Positions 24,600 through 38,500 of a stretch of 52,575 bases of DNA are shown one piece after another. The notes beneath the pieces were generated by a model. The model saw only the letters and a program-made list of their open reading frames with translations. It was not told the origin of the DNA and did no database searches. Position numbers and translations under genes: made by a program. The stretch comes from Chromera velia. Its lineage: Eukaryota. Location of the stretch: the NCBI GenBank assembly GCA_018398765.1, contig JAHBMJ010000253.1, positions 1 through 52,575 of the forward strand, given 5' to 3'. Each line of letters opens with the position of its first letter. Position 1 is the stretch's first letter.

Positions 24600-25311
24600 G
24601 TTTCTCTCTCTCTCTGTTTCTCTCTCTGTCTCTCTCGCTGCCTCTCTGACAGACGTACACGCACACGCACAAACGCTGGTTCGTCCTTTTTTGCTTGACT
24701 GCTTCGCCAGACTTTGGCTGTAAATCTCTACAGCTCTGCCCGCATGAAAGAAGAATCAGACGGGGGAAGAAGCCTCTTGGCCCCCGTGTGCCATTTTTCC
24801 CGTTAGACGCGTCGTGTTTTCGTCTCTTGCCGTCGCTCTTTTTTCCTCTGTCTCTCACAAAGATATTCACCCCACGCGCACAGACTCTCTCTTGCCTTTC
24901 ACTCCCGTGAGGTGCTTCTTTCGGGAGTTCACGAAGCAGAAGAATTACTGCGGCGGTGTCTGCCCCAGTCGTCTAATCAAGTCTCTGTCTGTCTCTCATA
25001 TTCGCCGTTGAAGAAACCGAATCAATGACGTCAAGGACGAGCCCTGCCCTCTTCCTGATCGATGAAATAAGCCGTTTTGCCTCTTCTTCTGTTGCGCCCT
25101 TGCCTCTCTCTGTTTCTTCTCTTCTTTTCTGTTCTACAGACAGGTCCATTTTAATCGTATCAGATTGATCAATCAATCCTTCTGGTGCCTTTCTTTTTTT
25201 TGCTTGCTCTTGTGTGTGCAGGCCCACAGACAGCTGAAGAACGACGGACTTGTCTCGGCACCCGGCAGCGCTAGCGCTCTTCCTGCACAGCAGCAGATGA
25301 AGACTCAATGA
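22796..25311 (+). CDS. PLAC8 (DUF614) family Cys-rich protein, 6 exons, 131 aa
   Basis: Exons 22796-22810, 22927-22948, 23316-23432, 23993-24053, 24323-24413 and 25222-25311 join in phase: MKGTSELRPWSSGFCDCFSDCNSCLMGTFCCCQVIG...RYQFREASGIEGNILWDILGSFCCPCCVAIQAHRQLK. WSSGFCDC and GI.G...D....CCPCC..IQ are PLAC8 signatures. Confidence 0.92.
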
Positions 25312-26447
25312 AAAGCCAAGAGAGAAAAAAAGAAACAGAACGAATGAACGGGACAGGTGGAAAAGGAGGTTGCATGGATGCTTTTAGTCGGACAAGGGGA
25401 GAGACAACCTGAGAGGGAAGGGAAGGCAGTAAAGCAAAGAGCTTGTATGTACGTGTCACTTTTTTTCGTGAACTGGCGCTCTCAGTTTCTCTTCTTCAGA
25501 GAAACAAGGAGAACGAAAAACTTGTGCCCGTCTTCCGCTCTCTGTCTCTCATTCCACTCCCCTAGTCTCATGGTCTCCCTGCATGACGAGAAACATCCAT
25601 CCATAAATCCATACGGGGCGATACCGAGGCAGATCAAATAAACACATCCCATGCCACGAGCACATGATCCGCTTTGCAATTTCTTGCTTCCAGGCGGCCT
25701 TTCTCATCCTGCCATCCTCAAAAGAGAAGAGAAATTAAAACAAACAAAAAAGAGACGGACCAGATACAAAGGGACGAAATACAGAGCGCAAGTTTGTCTT
25801 GCGATTTGCCTATCTTCTTTCTCACTTGCGTTGTTTCTTGCTTTCCTCCAAGGAAACAAAGTTTGAAAGACGACAGGCGGACTTGAATTCATGTGAATGA
25901 CAGGCTTTGACAGCCTCGTTTTTTTGTTTTTGGAACTCTTTTCGGTGCGCTTGTTGACCACTACGTTTCAACAGCCTTGCAACAAGAAGAGACAGCCAAG
26001 GCCTAGGCCAAGGCCAGAGATACAACAACAACATCCCGCAACCTAGCGCAAAACATACATCATGCAGTTATTACATTTGATGGCTGATTTCACTTAGAAT
26101 TTTATTAGTAGTATTTGGCCCGCCGCCCTCGAGCTCTAATATAACCTCTACAAAGCCTTTACAAAGTTATAAAACGTTAGTTGTCATATTACAACTAGCA
26201 CTAGAATTAGCATTACAAACAAGTTTTTATTAGGCCAGTTTTTAAGCAATATCGAGAAACTTTAAACATAATGGCTTTACAACTTAAATACTGCAAATAA
26301 TCGAGTCAAATTTTTTTTTAACCGTAAATTTAAAATTAAACGTCAGCTAATCTGGTCGGTAACTATATAACTAGATACTATAGTACATGAATTATTTTTT
26401 TAAAGAAAAAAATCTCTCCAAATACATCATTTCTAGAATCTAGCTTT

Positions 26448-27495
26448 TATACCGTCCACATAAGGGTTACGATGGGGGTCTGTGAGGAAATTACGGATTA
26501 CAACTCTTTTCATTACGGTTTTTCCGTAACTTGGCGCCTTCGGCACCAGTTTTTTTTAATGGAAAAACCATAATTCGGGCGTTGTGGGGCCAACATGGGG
26601 CCCCGGCATAGAAATCTCGCACAGTTCTTCATGTAGTGAGCATCTTGTATACGTACAATTCAATTATTCAATCATATGCATGCATGCTTGTACAAACGAA
26701 TGATTGCATTGAATCCAAGACCGGTAAGCCAAAGGAGCCAATTAACTATTGCTAACCGATGAAATGCGATCTTGTTAAGCTGCTGTTAATCTTTTGACAT
26801 AGGAATCACCGTGACGAGCATACATGCTTTCAGACAGAGAAAGCATGCTGGAGACGGAGATAGATGGGGGAAGCATACTTGTGCTTGCCTGTGCCTGATT
26901 GTGCCTGCCTGTTCTTGCCTGTGGCTGTGTCTGCATGCCTGACTGCCTGTCAGGCCTTGCCTGACAAAATGACTCTTTGCAAAGGTCAGGAGGGGTGAAT
27001 GAATGAATGAATGAATGAATGGATAGGTAGATGGATGGATGGATGGATGGATGGATAGATGGATGGATGGATGGATGGATAACGAGGAAGGGCAAAGGAA
27101 GGCTAGTAAAAGATAAGGCAAAAGCCAAAGTCGGTAGTTAAAAAGACCACAATTAGTTAATGGAAGGGAAGGGGATAGAAAAGGCTTGTAAGGTTGACTT
27201 TTTATATTATTTTGTCAAACTTTTGAATTTTTTTGAATGTAAAGGTAGCTATGGACATCTGTGGACATCGAAAAGCAAGTTTTGAACAGATTAAATTTAG
27301 TTTTTTTCCTAGTAGACTATTACTAGTGATATTTGTAACTGAATAATTGTATATAAGGCTATTATTAGCGGGTTACGTTACTGTTTTTCCATAATCTACC
27401 ATTTTAAACCTTCAGTTACTAAAAAACCGTAACCCGGCGGCCTAACGGCCGCCTCATTACTATTCTTTAACGGTTACTCTTATATAGACAGTGTA
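26448..27495. mobile_element. Non-autonomous TIR element (TAYAC family) with 8-bp TSD and host-like microsatellite interior
   Basis: TIRs TATACCGTCCACATAAGGGTTAC and (reverse complement) TACACTGTCTATATAAGAGTAAC. TSD CTAGCTTT (26440-26447) / CCAGCTTT (27496-27503). Confidence 0.85.
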
Positions 27496-27875
27496 CCAGC
27501 TTTTATGATTTATCTTAGGATTTGTTACTGGTAGCTAGATGTGACAGACTTCATGTTTCTAGTAATGCTTTAGTATATATCAATATTCGTCTAGATTAAT
27601 TTTAATTTTTAAGTTTTGGCTTTGACGCAGGCTGATCGAGGCGCTCAGTTCTTTAAATCTCGGAATCAGCTCTTTACTAGCCCTAGTACTAGCCTATAGA
27701 CCTTTCTATAGCTAGACCTATACACCAAGATAATATACTAGATAATATACTGAAAATATTCATGAATTGATAAATGAATGAATGAATGAATGAATAAATG
27801 AATGAATGAATTAATACAGTTTATCATGTGCAATTAAACAGCTTGAAGCAAGTCCTTCACATATACATAAAAGTA

Positions 27876-30800
27876 CTACTTTTCACCTGCGCCCCTTGCT
27901 TTGGCTTCTTTCGATTTTGTCAGATCGAGAACCTCCCATGGCAAGTGGGGGAGGCACTGCTGACGCGGTCGTCCCTCCTGCCAGTGCCTCCCCGACTCGC
28001 CGAGAGAATTGATCTTTGTCGGCAAAGGCCACAGAGACCAGAGTCTCATGGGCGACCAGAATTCCCTGGTGCTCTTTCCACTCTTCATCATTATCTCTTG
28101 TTGATAGCAGCGCCCTGCTACCACTTCGCACCATCGTGTGTTGCCGTCCTCCTGGAGGTGCAGCTTCTCCAAATATACCTGCAAAGAGAGAGCAAACAAG
28201 CTTAACGTACCGAGAATACAAGGTCAGTCGCTCTATACGAAAACATATTTATGTGCAGACATGTACACAACAAGACACATCCGAACATTGGAAGTACATG
28301 TTGGCAATTTGAAAGCATCCTGGCGGAGCGAACGAGCATGGCAGAAGGTGGAGAGAGAGGCAGGGGCGTAGATATAAAAAGTGGAGGTAGCGAGAAAACG
28401 ACACGCAAAAAAGGGCTGCTTGTGTTGCACTATAGCCTCCCCCTCAAACTTTCTGTTTGCTTCTGACCATCGGGCTGTATGGCCCGTGCGTGTTTCATTG
28501 CTTTTGCGCTGTCGATTTCTTTCCCGACTCTGCTGAAGACAAGTTCCCCCAAGGGAACAAACGAAAGAAAACGACAGTTTCCCTGCAGGTAACATCAAAA
28601 GCACACAATGCACGATGAAATGAGCTTCAAACGAGACAAAAACGCGTCCACAGAGACTGAAGAAGCGTTCGAGCGTGCGTTTGAAAGAAGGGAAAAGGAG
28701 GACGAAGCATACAGTCCTCTTGAAGCTCTAGCGCAACAGTATGCATGATCACCTTTCCTTTTCTTAAACAACAGCGAAACTAGACCCCCTCCTTCACTTA
28801 CAAAAGCACCCCTAGTTTGAAATTCGGAATTCTCAGCCACTCATTACCATGCTGACTTCCTCAATTTTGCAGTCGGTTGTCTATGTATTCACCCATGCTC
28901 TCATGCAGGTATGCATTGTTTCTTTCACTGACCAGCGACTCTGAAAACAGAAGCTCCCAGCGATCCAGAAAGTCCGCCCGTTTGTCAGAAATCCCACAGA
29001 TTACCTGCATGCACCAAAAGAAAGAAAACAAAAATCTTCCTTCTTCCTTAAATCACTTGAATGTGTTCACCCCATCCGCAAAAGCATTTGGCAGCCTGGC
29101 CAGCACGCGACCACTCAAATCTCCATGTAGGCTCACACGACGAGGAATGAAGACGCAAAGCGGCACTGTTAGGACATTTCAGCAAGAAGTGTTTGCCCAG
29201 AATAATTTCAGGCCCAAACTTTCGGACGATTTTAACTTTTACAACAATCAAAAAGGATTGATACAAAAAAATGTAATCAAAAGATGAAAGTCTGCTTACC
29301 AACCTCGCACTTTCTCTCCCCTCCCTTTCGCCCCATCTGCACGCGCCAGACAACAGCAGACGGCGGATCGCTTACGAAAAGCCACTCCCCCTTGCAATCG
29401 CAAGCTACACCAAGAGGGACCGAAAGCCGGACTTCGCTTGCGTTGCCCACGCCAGGAACAGATGTTTCGTTTCGCTTTACGGGACCAGCATTTCTCTGCA
29501 GCGGACTTCGACCGGATCCCATAATCGTCTCAATGGGCGTCTCCCGGTCTCTCATCATTGTGCCCGTCTCCTTCTCTGTGTACAAACGGACACTGCGCAC
29601 CTGCCCCCTGTCACTCTCTGCGAACACCAGCTGCACCGCATCTGCACGTCCATCGAGTCACAGAGGTCTCAGAGGTCCCGGAGACGCATGAGGAAGATGT
29701 AATGGATACACACACACATATATGAAATATGGGAGGCACGCACGCCAAAAGGTCCACGGAGAAAAGGATACGTAGTCAGAAGACAGAAAAAGATGCTGAC
29801 ATCACATACACACACACACACACACACACACGCTCCTTTCTCTGTCTGCTTCGTTGACCTTTTCCATTTTCCACCACGCAGAGCTGCTGCGGCCTTCCGA
29901 GAAGTTCTTCTTGGTCTCGTTCTTTTTCCTTTTTGTCCTTCCCCTCCATCCTCTGGGACCCTCTCAGCCAGCTCAAGTCCTGATTGTCCTCTTCCCCACG
30001 AATTTCTTCAGCCTGCACGCAGGGGAGTGACGAAGGCCAAACCATCATCATGGATCTCTCGCAGAACGAAGCCGTTGTGACTTCATCGATCATTCTTGCA
30101 CTTCCAGAAATAGAAACACAAAGGAACCATTCAAACAAACACACATTTACACAAAGATATTCAGATGAGGACGTAGTCCAACCTTCCTGAAGACGGAGAG
30201 GAGCTGAATACACCAACAACTAAAAGAAAGAGACGGGAAAATGTTCTGCGGGACTGACCGCCCGTCCCGGCACTCCAGCAACAACGACGCACTCCAGCTC
30301 TCCCTCCCCCTTTCTCCTCAGAAGAAGACGGATGCAGTGATTTCCTGTGTCTGCACACGTACGGACATACGCACAATGAAAATGAGGACAAGCTAGACAT
30401 AGCGGAGAAGCACTGATGGTATCCCTGTGGTTTTCTCCACTCAAATGAAAGAAGAAAAACGTGAGGACTCCCCCTTGCTTATGCAATAACAGCAACCGTT
30501 CTCTGGATAGATGTTGATCCATGCATTCTGCGGGGACACCCTGGCACGAACGTCACGCCATTCGATACTGAATCACACAGGCTTTCACAGTGACACGCTT
30601 TCACCGCACAATGCACCAACACCCTCATTCATACAGAGCAGCCACCCCCACTTGATCCCCTCCTCCCCATGCACCCATGCACCCACCCACCCGATATGTA
30701 CACATTCCCGAAACGATCCAGAGCAACAGAGGAGGGGGAACGGAGACGAACCTGCATGAGCGAATTAATGAAAAAAGAAATGAAGTCGATCACGGGCATG

Positions 30801-32125
30801 AACTGAGGAAGGAAGGAAGAGACAGAAAAGAGGCCTTCTTTTCAAAGCGTGGAGAGAGACTGCATGAAAATCTCTCTCTCTCTCTCTCTCTCTGGTCATG
30901 CTCTCGGTCCAAGCAGCCAGTTCGTTCTCTTCTCATCAATCACGGCTCACTAGTGGATTCGACAGCAACCCAACCCAGCGCATTCTCTTCTTCTCGGATG
31001 AGGAAAGTCCTTCGGGTTTCTTCTCTTCTCTTCCAGCCTCTGGAAGTGTGCCTGCCCGAAATTGTTTTTGGGAATCAAAGGAGGCGACCTCTGATTTGAA
31101 TGTGTCTCTTCAACTGCCAGACTCATGTGAACATTGACGGATTCAAACATTCATGGTCTCCCCAAGTGAAAGAAAGACTCAAGTTCTGCCTGACTGGCTG
31201 ACCTCTTCAGGTGCGACGCCCCTTCTGCCGTCCCCCCCACACTCATCCGCTCTCTCGGACGAGGTCGTCACCCGTCTTCTTCCCCCTCTGAACACACAAA
31301 ACACTCTGCCCTCTTTGCTGAAGTCTAATCTTCCAAAACGGGACCCTCCGTTTCTCTTCGCCTCTTGGAATCTTGAAAGAGTGAGAATCTTCACAGAGTC
31401 ATTGCCTGCACACATTTTTGGGTCACAAGCTTTCCAACTGAAAAATCAGACATTGCAGGTCCATCAGCACTTTTACAGAGTCACATCCTTTCGACTTCCT
31501 TCCTTCATGGTCGAAAAGCATCCGATGAAGTTAAACCTTGTTTTACGCACACATCCCTGATAAATGACTCTGGAGTACGGATCTTCTGGACCAGTGTGGC
31601 TTGTTGAAAATATGCCTCACACCTTCAATAAAAGGATTTCCACGATTCCACCGAAGACCCGTTTGAGCCTTTCCCCCATGCATTGAGTTCCCCACCAGAG
31701 TCACAGATCCAGAGCCTTGTCCCACAGGGCGACAGGGCGATTCCCTTCGGAGAATTCAGAAGACTGCAGGAGGCAGAACAAGACGTCTGCCCGTCTCCTG
31801 CCGACACGTCTCCAGGCAGGCCGTTACCCTGTCCCGCCAGTCTCCGAATCTTTCCCCTGTCGTCTAAGTGGAGAATCGCGTGGTTGCAGCAGTCAGACAC
31901 GAAGGCACCCCCACAACCGTCGCTAACTGCCTGGTAGGGCTGTCTCATCTCACACGCCTTTGCGGAACCCGAGTGAGGAGGAGCACCTGAACAAATCACC
32001 ACATCATGATTGTGTGTCTACGATCCTCTGGCGAGAGTACATCTTTCCGTAAGAGCATGCATAAGTGCACTGATTACATGGCGATGCTGTTTTTGTTGAG
32101 ATAACTGGACAGGAGGAAGCTTCCT

Positions 32126-32165
<40 letters not shown>

Positions 32166-32459
32166 CACGGAGCCTCTGCCCAGCTCGTTTACAGAGCAAT
32201 CACTTCTCCAATCGATCCTCTATATCTCCCTGTTCTTCCATTTCTTCGCCTCATCTGCTCATCCAATCAAATTTTGAAAAACAAAAGAGAAGAAAGTCGT
32301 CCTAGTGACCCATACCATCACTGCAATCGTCACTGTCTTTTTCGTGTCAACTTTCACCCTCATGCCCGTGTTGTTTTATCAAGACGATTGAGAAAGCTGA
32401 GAGACATGCAGAAAGAAGAGCAAAAAGGCATGCCCGAAAGACATACAAGAAAAAAGGGA

Positions 32460-32493
<34 letters not shown>

Positions 32494-32662
32494 CTTCCCG
32501 TCCGTTTCCGACCAGCCTGGCCCTCTTCCAGTTCCTCGCCTTGATCCTTCTCTCTTGCGCCGCGTCTGCAGCGCTGGTTCTGGGCCTGGGTGGGTGGGTG
32601 CAGTTGAGGTGGTTGCTCCATCGGGTGTCCCCCCTCTCCTTGAAGATTTCCTCTACATGCAT
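27876..32662 (-). CDS. Multi-exon NHL-repeat (beta-propeller) protein
   Basis: NHL-type blades in exons at ~31690-32018 (PYQAVSDGCGGAFVSDCCNHAI...LNSPKGIALSPCGTRLWICDSG) and ~29300-29690 (LVFAESDRGQVR...LSVPLGVACDCKGEWLFVSD). Further exon-like frames run down to the stop at 27876. The ends, and whether this is a single gene, are not fully resolved. Confidence 0.7.
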
Positions 32663-33159
32663 TTCATAGAAAGACAGGACAAAGGGGAGGCGTCAGTAGC
32701 TGCATTTGATTGACTCAGGATGGCACGGGTCAAACTTTCAAACGATCCTTGAGCAACTGATCGACACTGACTGACTGTCTGGATGGATATTTGAGTGCAT
32801 GAATGAATCGACCATTTACGCATTCATGAGTACGCATATATAGAGTTCGTTTGTATTTTGGAAAATACGTGGACAGAAGGAGGAACCGATGGATAATAAA
32901 AATCTTCTCAGACGATTACTCTTTTCATTCATTTGAATGAGTTCGATTAGGAAAGCGACCGATCCGCTTTGACATTGTTCAAGCAGCCATTGAGCCACTG
33001 ACACACTTAGTCCGTAAACTGAACGGTCTCTGCAGCAAGCTTCTGAGCCAGGCATTTGCTTGCATACGTACTCACTTGCAGAGTCAGCCAGCAACCTAGT
33101 CAGTTAGTAAGTCAAAATGCGTACGTATTATCCGAGCCAGCCAGAGAGTCAGCCCCTCT

Positions 33160-33204
33160 CTCAGTCAGTCAGTCAGTCAGTCAGTCAGTCAGTCAGTCAG
33201 TCTT

Positions 33205-33238
<34 letters not shown>

Positions 33239-33301
33239 AGTTAGTCACTCAGTCAGTCAGTCAGTCAGTCTGTCTGTCTGTCTGTCTGTCCGTCCGTCCG
33301 T

Positions 33302-33338
<37 letters not shown>

Positions 33339-33476
33339 TGTCTGTCTGTCTGTCATACATATAGTCTGTCATATAGTCTGTCAGTCAGTCAGTCTGTCTG
33401 TGAGTCAGTCAGTCAGTCAGTCAGTCAGCGATTCAGTCAGTTTATCAGTCAATGAGCCAATCAGCAGTCCACGCAG

Positions 33477-33526
<50 letters not shown>

Positions 33527-33550
33527 GCACGCACGCACACACACACACAC
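33160..33550. repeat. Compound microsatellite (GTCA/GTCT/GTCC/GCCT)n followed by (CA)n
   Basis: Directly visible tetranucleotide and dinucleotide runs. Confidence 0.95.
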
Positions 33551-34054
33551 GAACAGTGAGGCGCTCAGTCTGGGCACACATTCAATTAATGCATGGCATG
33601 CGAAGTGTAGTCTATCCGCCAGTCCTTCGAGCAGCGGTCAAGCATCTACTGTTTTCTTTTTATTTTTCACGTCCCCGCCCGATTCCTTTGATTTGTCACT
33701 TCGAGACTGACCGATACGTTCCAGCAGCGCCATCAGTGTGTCAGAAAGTTTCTCATGCAAGGAAACTTGTTGACAGACCACCTCTCTGAATTTAGAAAGA
33801 CCGCGCGATCACTGCTGTCAGCAGCGGATGAGGCCAACCAGGTTCTCTGTGGATTTTCGTTTCCCTTTTGTATTGCTGCATACACGGATCGACTGGGACC
33901 TTATCCCCCTCAAGACACTTCCATCTCAAGTCTGACCACTCCGTGGGGTCAACACACGCATGGAAACCATTGACAATTCGTCTTTTTTGTGTCAGGAGTA
34001 AGCTGAGAACAAATTCGAGCGATTTTGTTGTTTTTTGCAGCCTTAATAATTTTC

Positions 34055-34107
34055 GCATGCATGATTTTCTGCATTCATGCATGCATGCTATATATATGCA
34101 TGCATGC
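34055..34107. promoter_or_regulatory. Cluster of TGCATGCA palindromes in the divergent intergenic region
   Basis: GCATGCATGC-TATATATAT-GCATGCATGC about 420 bp upstream of the 5-phosphatase ATG. TGCATGCA is a known ApiAP2-bound motif in apicomplexans; function here is inferred. Confidence 0.35.
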
Positions 34108-34522
34108 TTGCTGCTTGCATGGAATTCAAAATTCAGATGATGGAGAGGAGCATGCAAATCATTCTTCGTTCTTCTGAAGATCACCGACATGAATGTTTAC
34201 ATCAGAGTTACAGTCCTGGAAGCTGTGTACGATAAGTAAGTGCAGGGTCTTCCATTTTCCCTGGCTACCTTCGTTTTCTACTTCTCTACCTTGCAGGGTG
34301 TTGTTCGTATATATATAAATCCCGCAAAACTGAGACAAATACAAGTCTAAATTTCTTGGAGGAACACCTGCAGACCCACGCAGATACCTAAACGCGACCC
34401 AAAAACGCTTCTCTTGGGCCGTCAGGTCCTGTCTCATCTGGAAAGGGTGAACTGAGGAGACCATCAGTAACTCCCGTTCTTCACAGGCCCTTTAATTGCG
34501 TCGAATTAAATAATTAGAGAAG

Positions 34523-35508
34523 ATGAGTCCCGGAAGAAAGTCGTTCACCTTCGGAGCGGCTTCCTCTTTGCTTCTTCTCCTCGTCCTTCTGCAAGTCACT
34601 CTTTCCCTCACCTCCAGTCTTCAACTGAAGGAGTCTCTTTCCTTCACTCTCCACGGAAATACGGAGGACTCTCCCCCACCTGACGCCGACGGAGGAGACG
34701 GAGCAGAACAGACGCTAGAGGTCCCCCAGGCAGATCAGGAGGAGGAGGATGGAAAGGAGGTCAACCCAAAAGCCCACAGTCTGTTCCAGGTGGCGACTTT
34801 CAACACCGACGAGAGCTTTGTGGTGAAGGAGCAGTTGGACGCGATGCTCCCGAGATTCACGAAGAAAGAGGAAGTCGGGGCGTATCTCTTTTTCTTCCAG
34901 GTCGGCCGGCACAGGGCTGGAAACAAAGTGGTCTGCATGCACAAAGCTGAGTGTGTTTGTGAGTGAGTGATTGACTGAGTGAGTGAGTGAATGACTGAGT
35001 GAGTGGCTGAGTGAGTGAGTGAGCCAGTGAGTAAGCCAGTGAGTCGGTGAGTGAGTGAGTAACTAAGTAAATGAGTAACTAAGTAAATGAGTGACTAAGT
35101 AAATCAGTGATCAAGTAAATAAGTAAGCAAGTAGGAGTGTGTGTATGTGTGTTTGTGTGTGAATCCAAGCTCAAAGAATACCGATGGAGAGAGATTCTCT
35201 GCGTCCTTCATTTGACATTTCTCTCTCTCTCTTCTCTGCAGGAGGCCCCGTCCTACCTAGAGACAGACCCCGTGTATGTCCCCCAGGGGCGCGGCGAACA
35301 GCAGGAGGTGTATGCAGGGATGCTCAAGTACCTCCAGGAGTCAGACAAGACCGCATTCAGCGTCAAAGAGGCAGCAGAAGCAAAGCCGCGAAGGATTGCG
35401 ACCGCAAATTTGGAAGGCAACTTGTCAAAATACTTCAAGTCAGTCAATCGGCTCCTTTTGATCAATTACACATTTAGGCATGCGTGCACAGACTTGCTCC
35501 TCTGTCCG

Positions 35509-35550
<42 letters not shown>

Positions 35551-38500
35551 TTCCTTCCTTCCTTCCTTCCCTCCTTCCTTCTTTCCCTTCTTCCTTCCTT
35601 CCTTCCTTCCCTCCTTCCTTCCTTCCTTTTCGTTCCCTCCTTCCTTCCTTCCTCTATCCCTCTCGTTCGTTCTTCGACCGTCCGTCCCCCCGTCCTCCCT
35701 TTCCTCCTGTCCGTCTGCCTGCCTGCCTGCCTGCCCGTCTCTCTTTCTCATGGTCTGTCACTGTTGATGTTGTTTGTGCTTTTGTTCACGCATTCACTCA
35801 CTTACTCCGCCAGTCAGCCACCAAGACAGAGAGGAAGCAGAAAAGCAAAAAGTCAGGCAGGCAGACAGGCAGGCAGGCCGGCAGCCGGAAAGAGGGAAGA
35901 GCTCGGAGCACATGGAGGACGAGTCGGAGAAGTTCTGAGACCGAAAGGGAGCCAAAAGCGCCATTAGTTCTCCCCGTGGATATTCAGCTTCCTTCCGCTC
36001 TACTCCCCTCCCCCCCCCCCCNNCCCCTGCCTGCAGATCGACAGGAAACAAACAGTACGCGATGGCGGTAGTCAACCCGGAGTCCGACATCCAGTCAGTA
36101 AGCCTCCTCTCCCTCGTAGATCTGTACGCCTGCATGTACATTGGTTCTGTATGCCATGAGTCATTGATCGACTTTATTTCATTTCCCCTGTTGGTTGCCC
36201 AGATGGCTTGGTGCGTATCTGCCTGCCTTCCTGCTTCCCTGCCGGTGTGCTCCCGTATCACGTATTTGCTTTGTTTCGAATCCTGACAGATCTGTGTCTC
36301 GCTGTTGCCATCTTTCTATTTTGTGACGCTGCATGCAAAGGATCGGAAACACTTCACTGAGAACCCAGAAACACACACGCACACGCACGCACACACGCAC
36401 ACACACACACCCGCGCGCGCGCACACACACACACGCACCAAAGATACACGCACCTACCACAACACACGATGACCAATGTATCTCTATTTTTCTCTCTTCT
36501 CCTTCTGATACTGGACAGGGTATGGTCAGGCAGCCACGAGTTGCGCTCCCGAAGCGAGAGACTCTGGGGCCTTGGGACCAACACCGACAAGGGGGCGGTG
36601 ACTCTGGCTGTGAGGTCAAAAAGCCAAAAGATCGCGGCTCTGTTTATGGGCGTCCATCTCTCCAGAGTCCATGGGGCAAAAAAAGTGAGTTGGTTCGTCC
36701 GATTGGACTTGTTCTCTAGGGTTAACTTTGCGCCTGTCAAGTCTTGACATGACTACCAGTAAGAAAGAAAGAAGACAAACCTGTATTCCGTCCTCATCCG
36801 ACTTATTTTCCTTCTGTTTCATTCTCGTCCCTTCACCATACCAAGTGTGAGCAGCTTGTTCAAAACACGACTCGAATATTTTGTGTGTACGTCCTCCGGC
36901 GCTTTTTTTTTTGTTGCGACACGGAAGGCAAGATGAGGAAAAGTGCGGGGGGGATGAAGAGAACGTCGATAGGACCATGCAGCTTTCACAACGTGTCTGT
37001 CTGTCTTCTCTACTGATTGTTCGAGTGTTCTGACTGCCTCCCTCCTCCCGTCCTCCTTCCTGCAGTCCGCAGCCCAAGTAGAGAAGGCAGAGGACCTCAA
37101 TGACGGGTTCCAACAGGCACTCGATACCCACTGCCAGAAACTACTCATCAAAAGTGACTTCATCGACCAAAAGACAAGTCTCGGAAAGTCACCCACAGAC
37201 CTTTCCACTGTCGTCGCACTCTTGAAGAAATGCTTCCCCTCAGGAATGTGAGTCAGTCCGGCGAACAAAAGGCATCCGGCCAGATGTGCATGCTTGTTTT
37301 GTTTTGTCCATTTTGAAAAGCGCTTTTCATACAAAGAATCAGAATTCCTTCTCGAAATTGGAGTAATTTCTATCCCAAATTTGCTTCGACGCACGCCTGC
37401 TTGACCCACTGACTGCCTGGCTAGTACGTTTTTGTTTCTCCATCGAGACTGCGTTTGTTTCTCCTGAACATGGCTGGCTCTTTTCGTCTCTCTTCCCTTC
37501 CCTTCCCTTCCCTTCCCTTCCCCTCCCTTCCCTTCCCTTCCCTTCCCTGACTCGATGTACGTCCTTGCTGGTTTTCCGCCCTTCACTGTTGCGCGGCGCC
37601 TGACTGTTCAATGGGGAGCGTGCGCCTACGTTTCTCTCTTTCTATTCGCTCTTTGCTCGAGCGTTCTCTTGTCAGTGACCAGTTCGTTTGCTTTGCCAGT
37701 CAGATCTGCGCATCCGCATCTTGTGCACAGCACTTTCCTGATTGATTAGTGTCTGTTTGCGTCTGTCTGTTCGTCGGAACAAAGGATGTGCGCATGAGTG
37801 AATCGGCACAGGCTGAATGCAGAAGTGTGTATGAGGGGACATGCCGCATAAACAAGCGCACGAACAGACACTTTTCCCCCTTCTTCCCTGCATGCAGCTA
37901 CATCGTGGGGGACTTGAACTTCCGCCTGGATCAGTGCAGCATGGCGGACCTGATCGGATCAGAGCAGGAAGACCGAGTCGAATTCGCAAAACAACTTAAC
38001 GCGACTGAAATCTCACCCCATACTATCAAGTGAGTGCGTGTTTGACCGAAACAAAGAGGCAGAATAATTCCGCCTTCAAAAAGCCTGTCATCGTTCCTCT
38101 GCTTTTTTGAAAGTGTTCAGTTTTGCCTGCCGTCTGTTTGACAGGTAGGGAAACAAAACTGAGAAGACAGGCACGGAGAAGAGAGGAGAGAACATGCGGA
38201 GAGAAGATGAAAGTTACTGCCTTGTGCGTTTTCTTTCTTCGAAGCTTCTTATCCACATGCGGCTGTCAATCATGTTGAATGAAGCGTCGAGTCCAAAAAA
38301 AGTCCAAAACTTCTTTTCCTTTTCCCGGACTCAATGCAGGTGGAGTTTTTGGAAGGCTTATTTCAAGATCAACAGTCAGAAGAGGAAGGAGATCATGGCA
38401 GAGGCCGACATGGGAAGAAGACACGTTCTGGAGCAACAGTTCGGATTCACACTCGACAGCCCATACGACAAAATTCCTTCGTCAGTCTCCCTCTTTATGT

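Noticed and set aside
36008..36027. Poly-C run containing NN
   Set aside because: Sequencing ambiguity inside an intron, not a biological feature.
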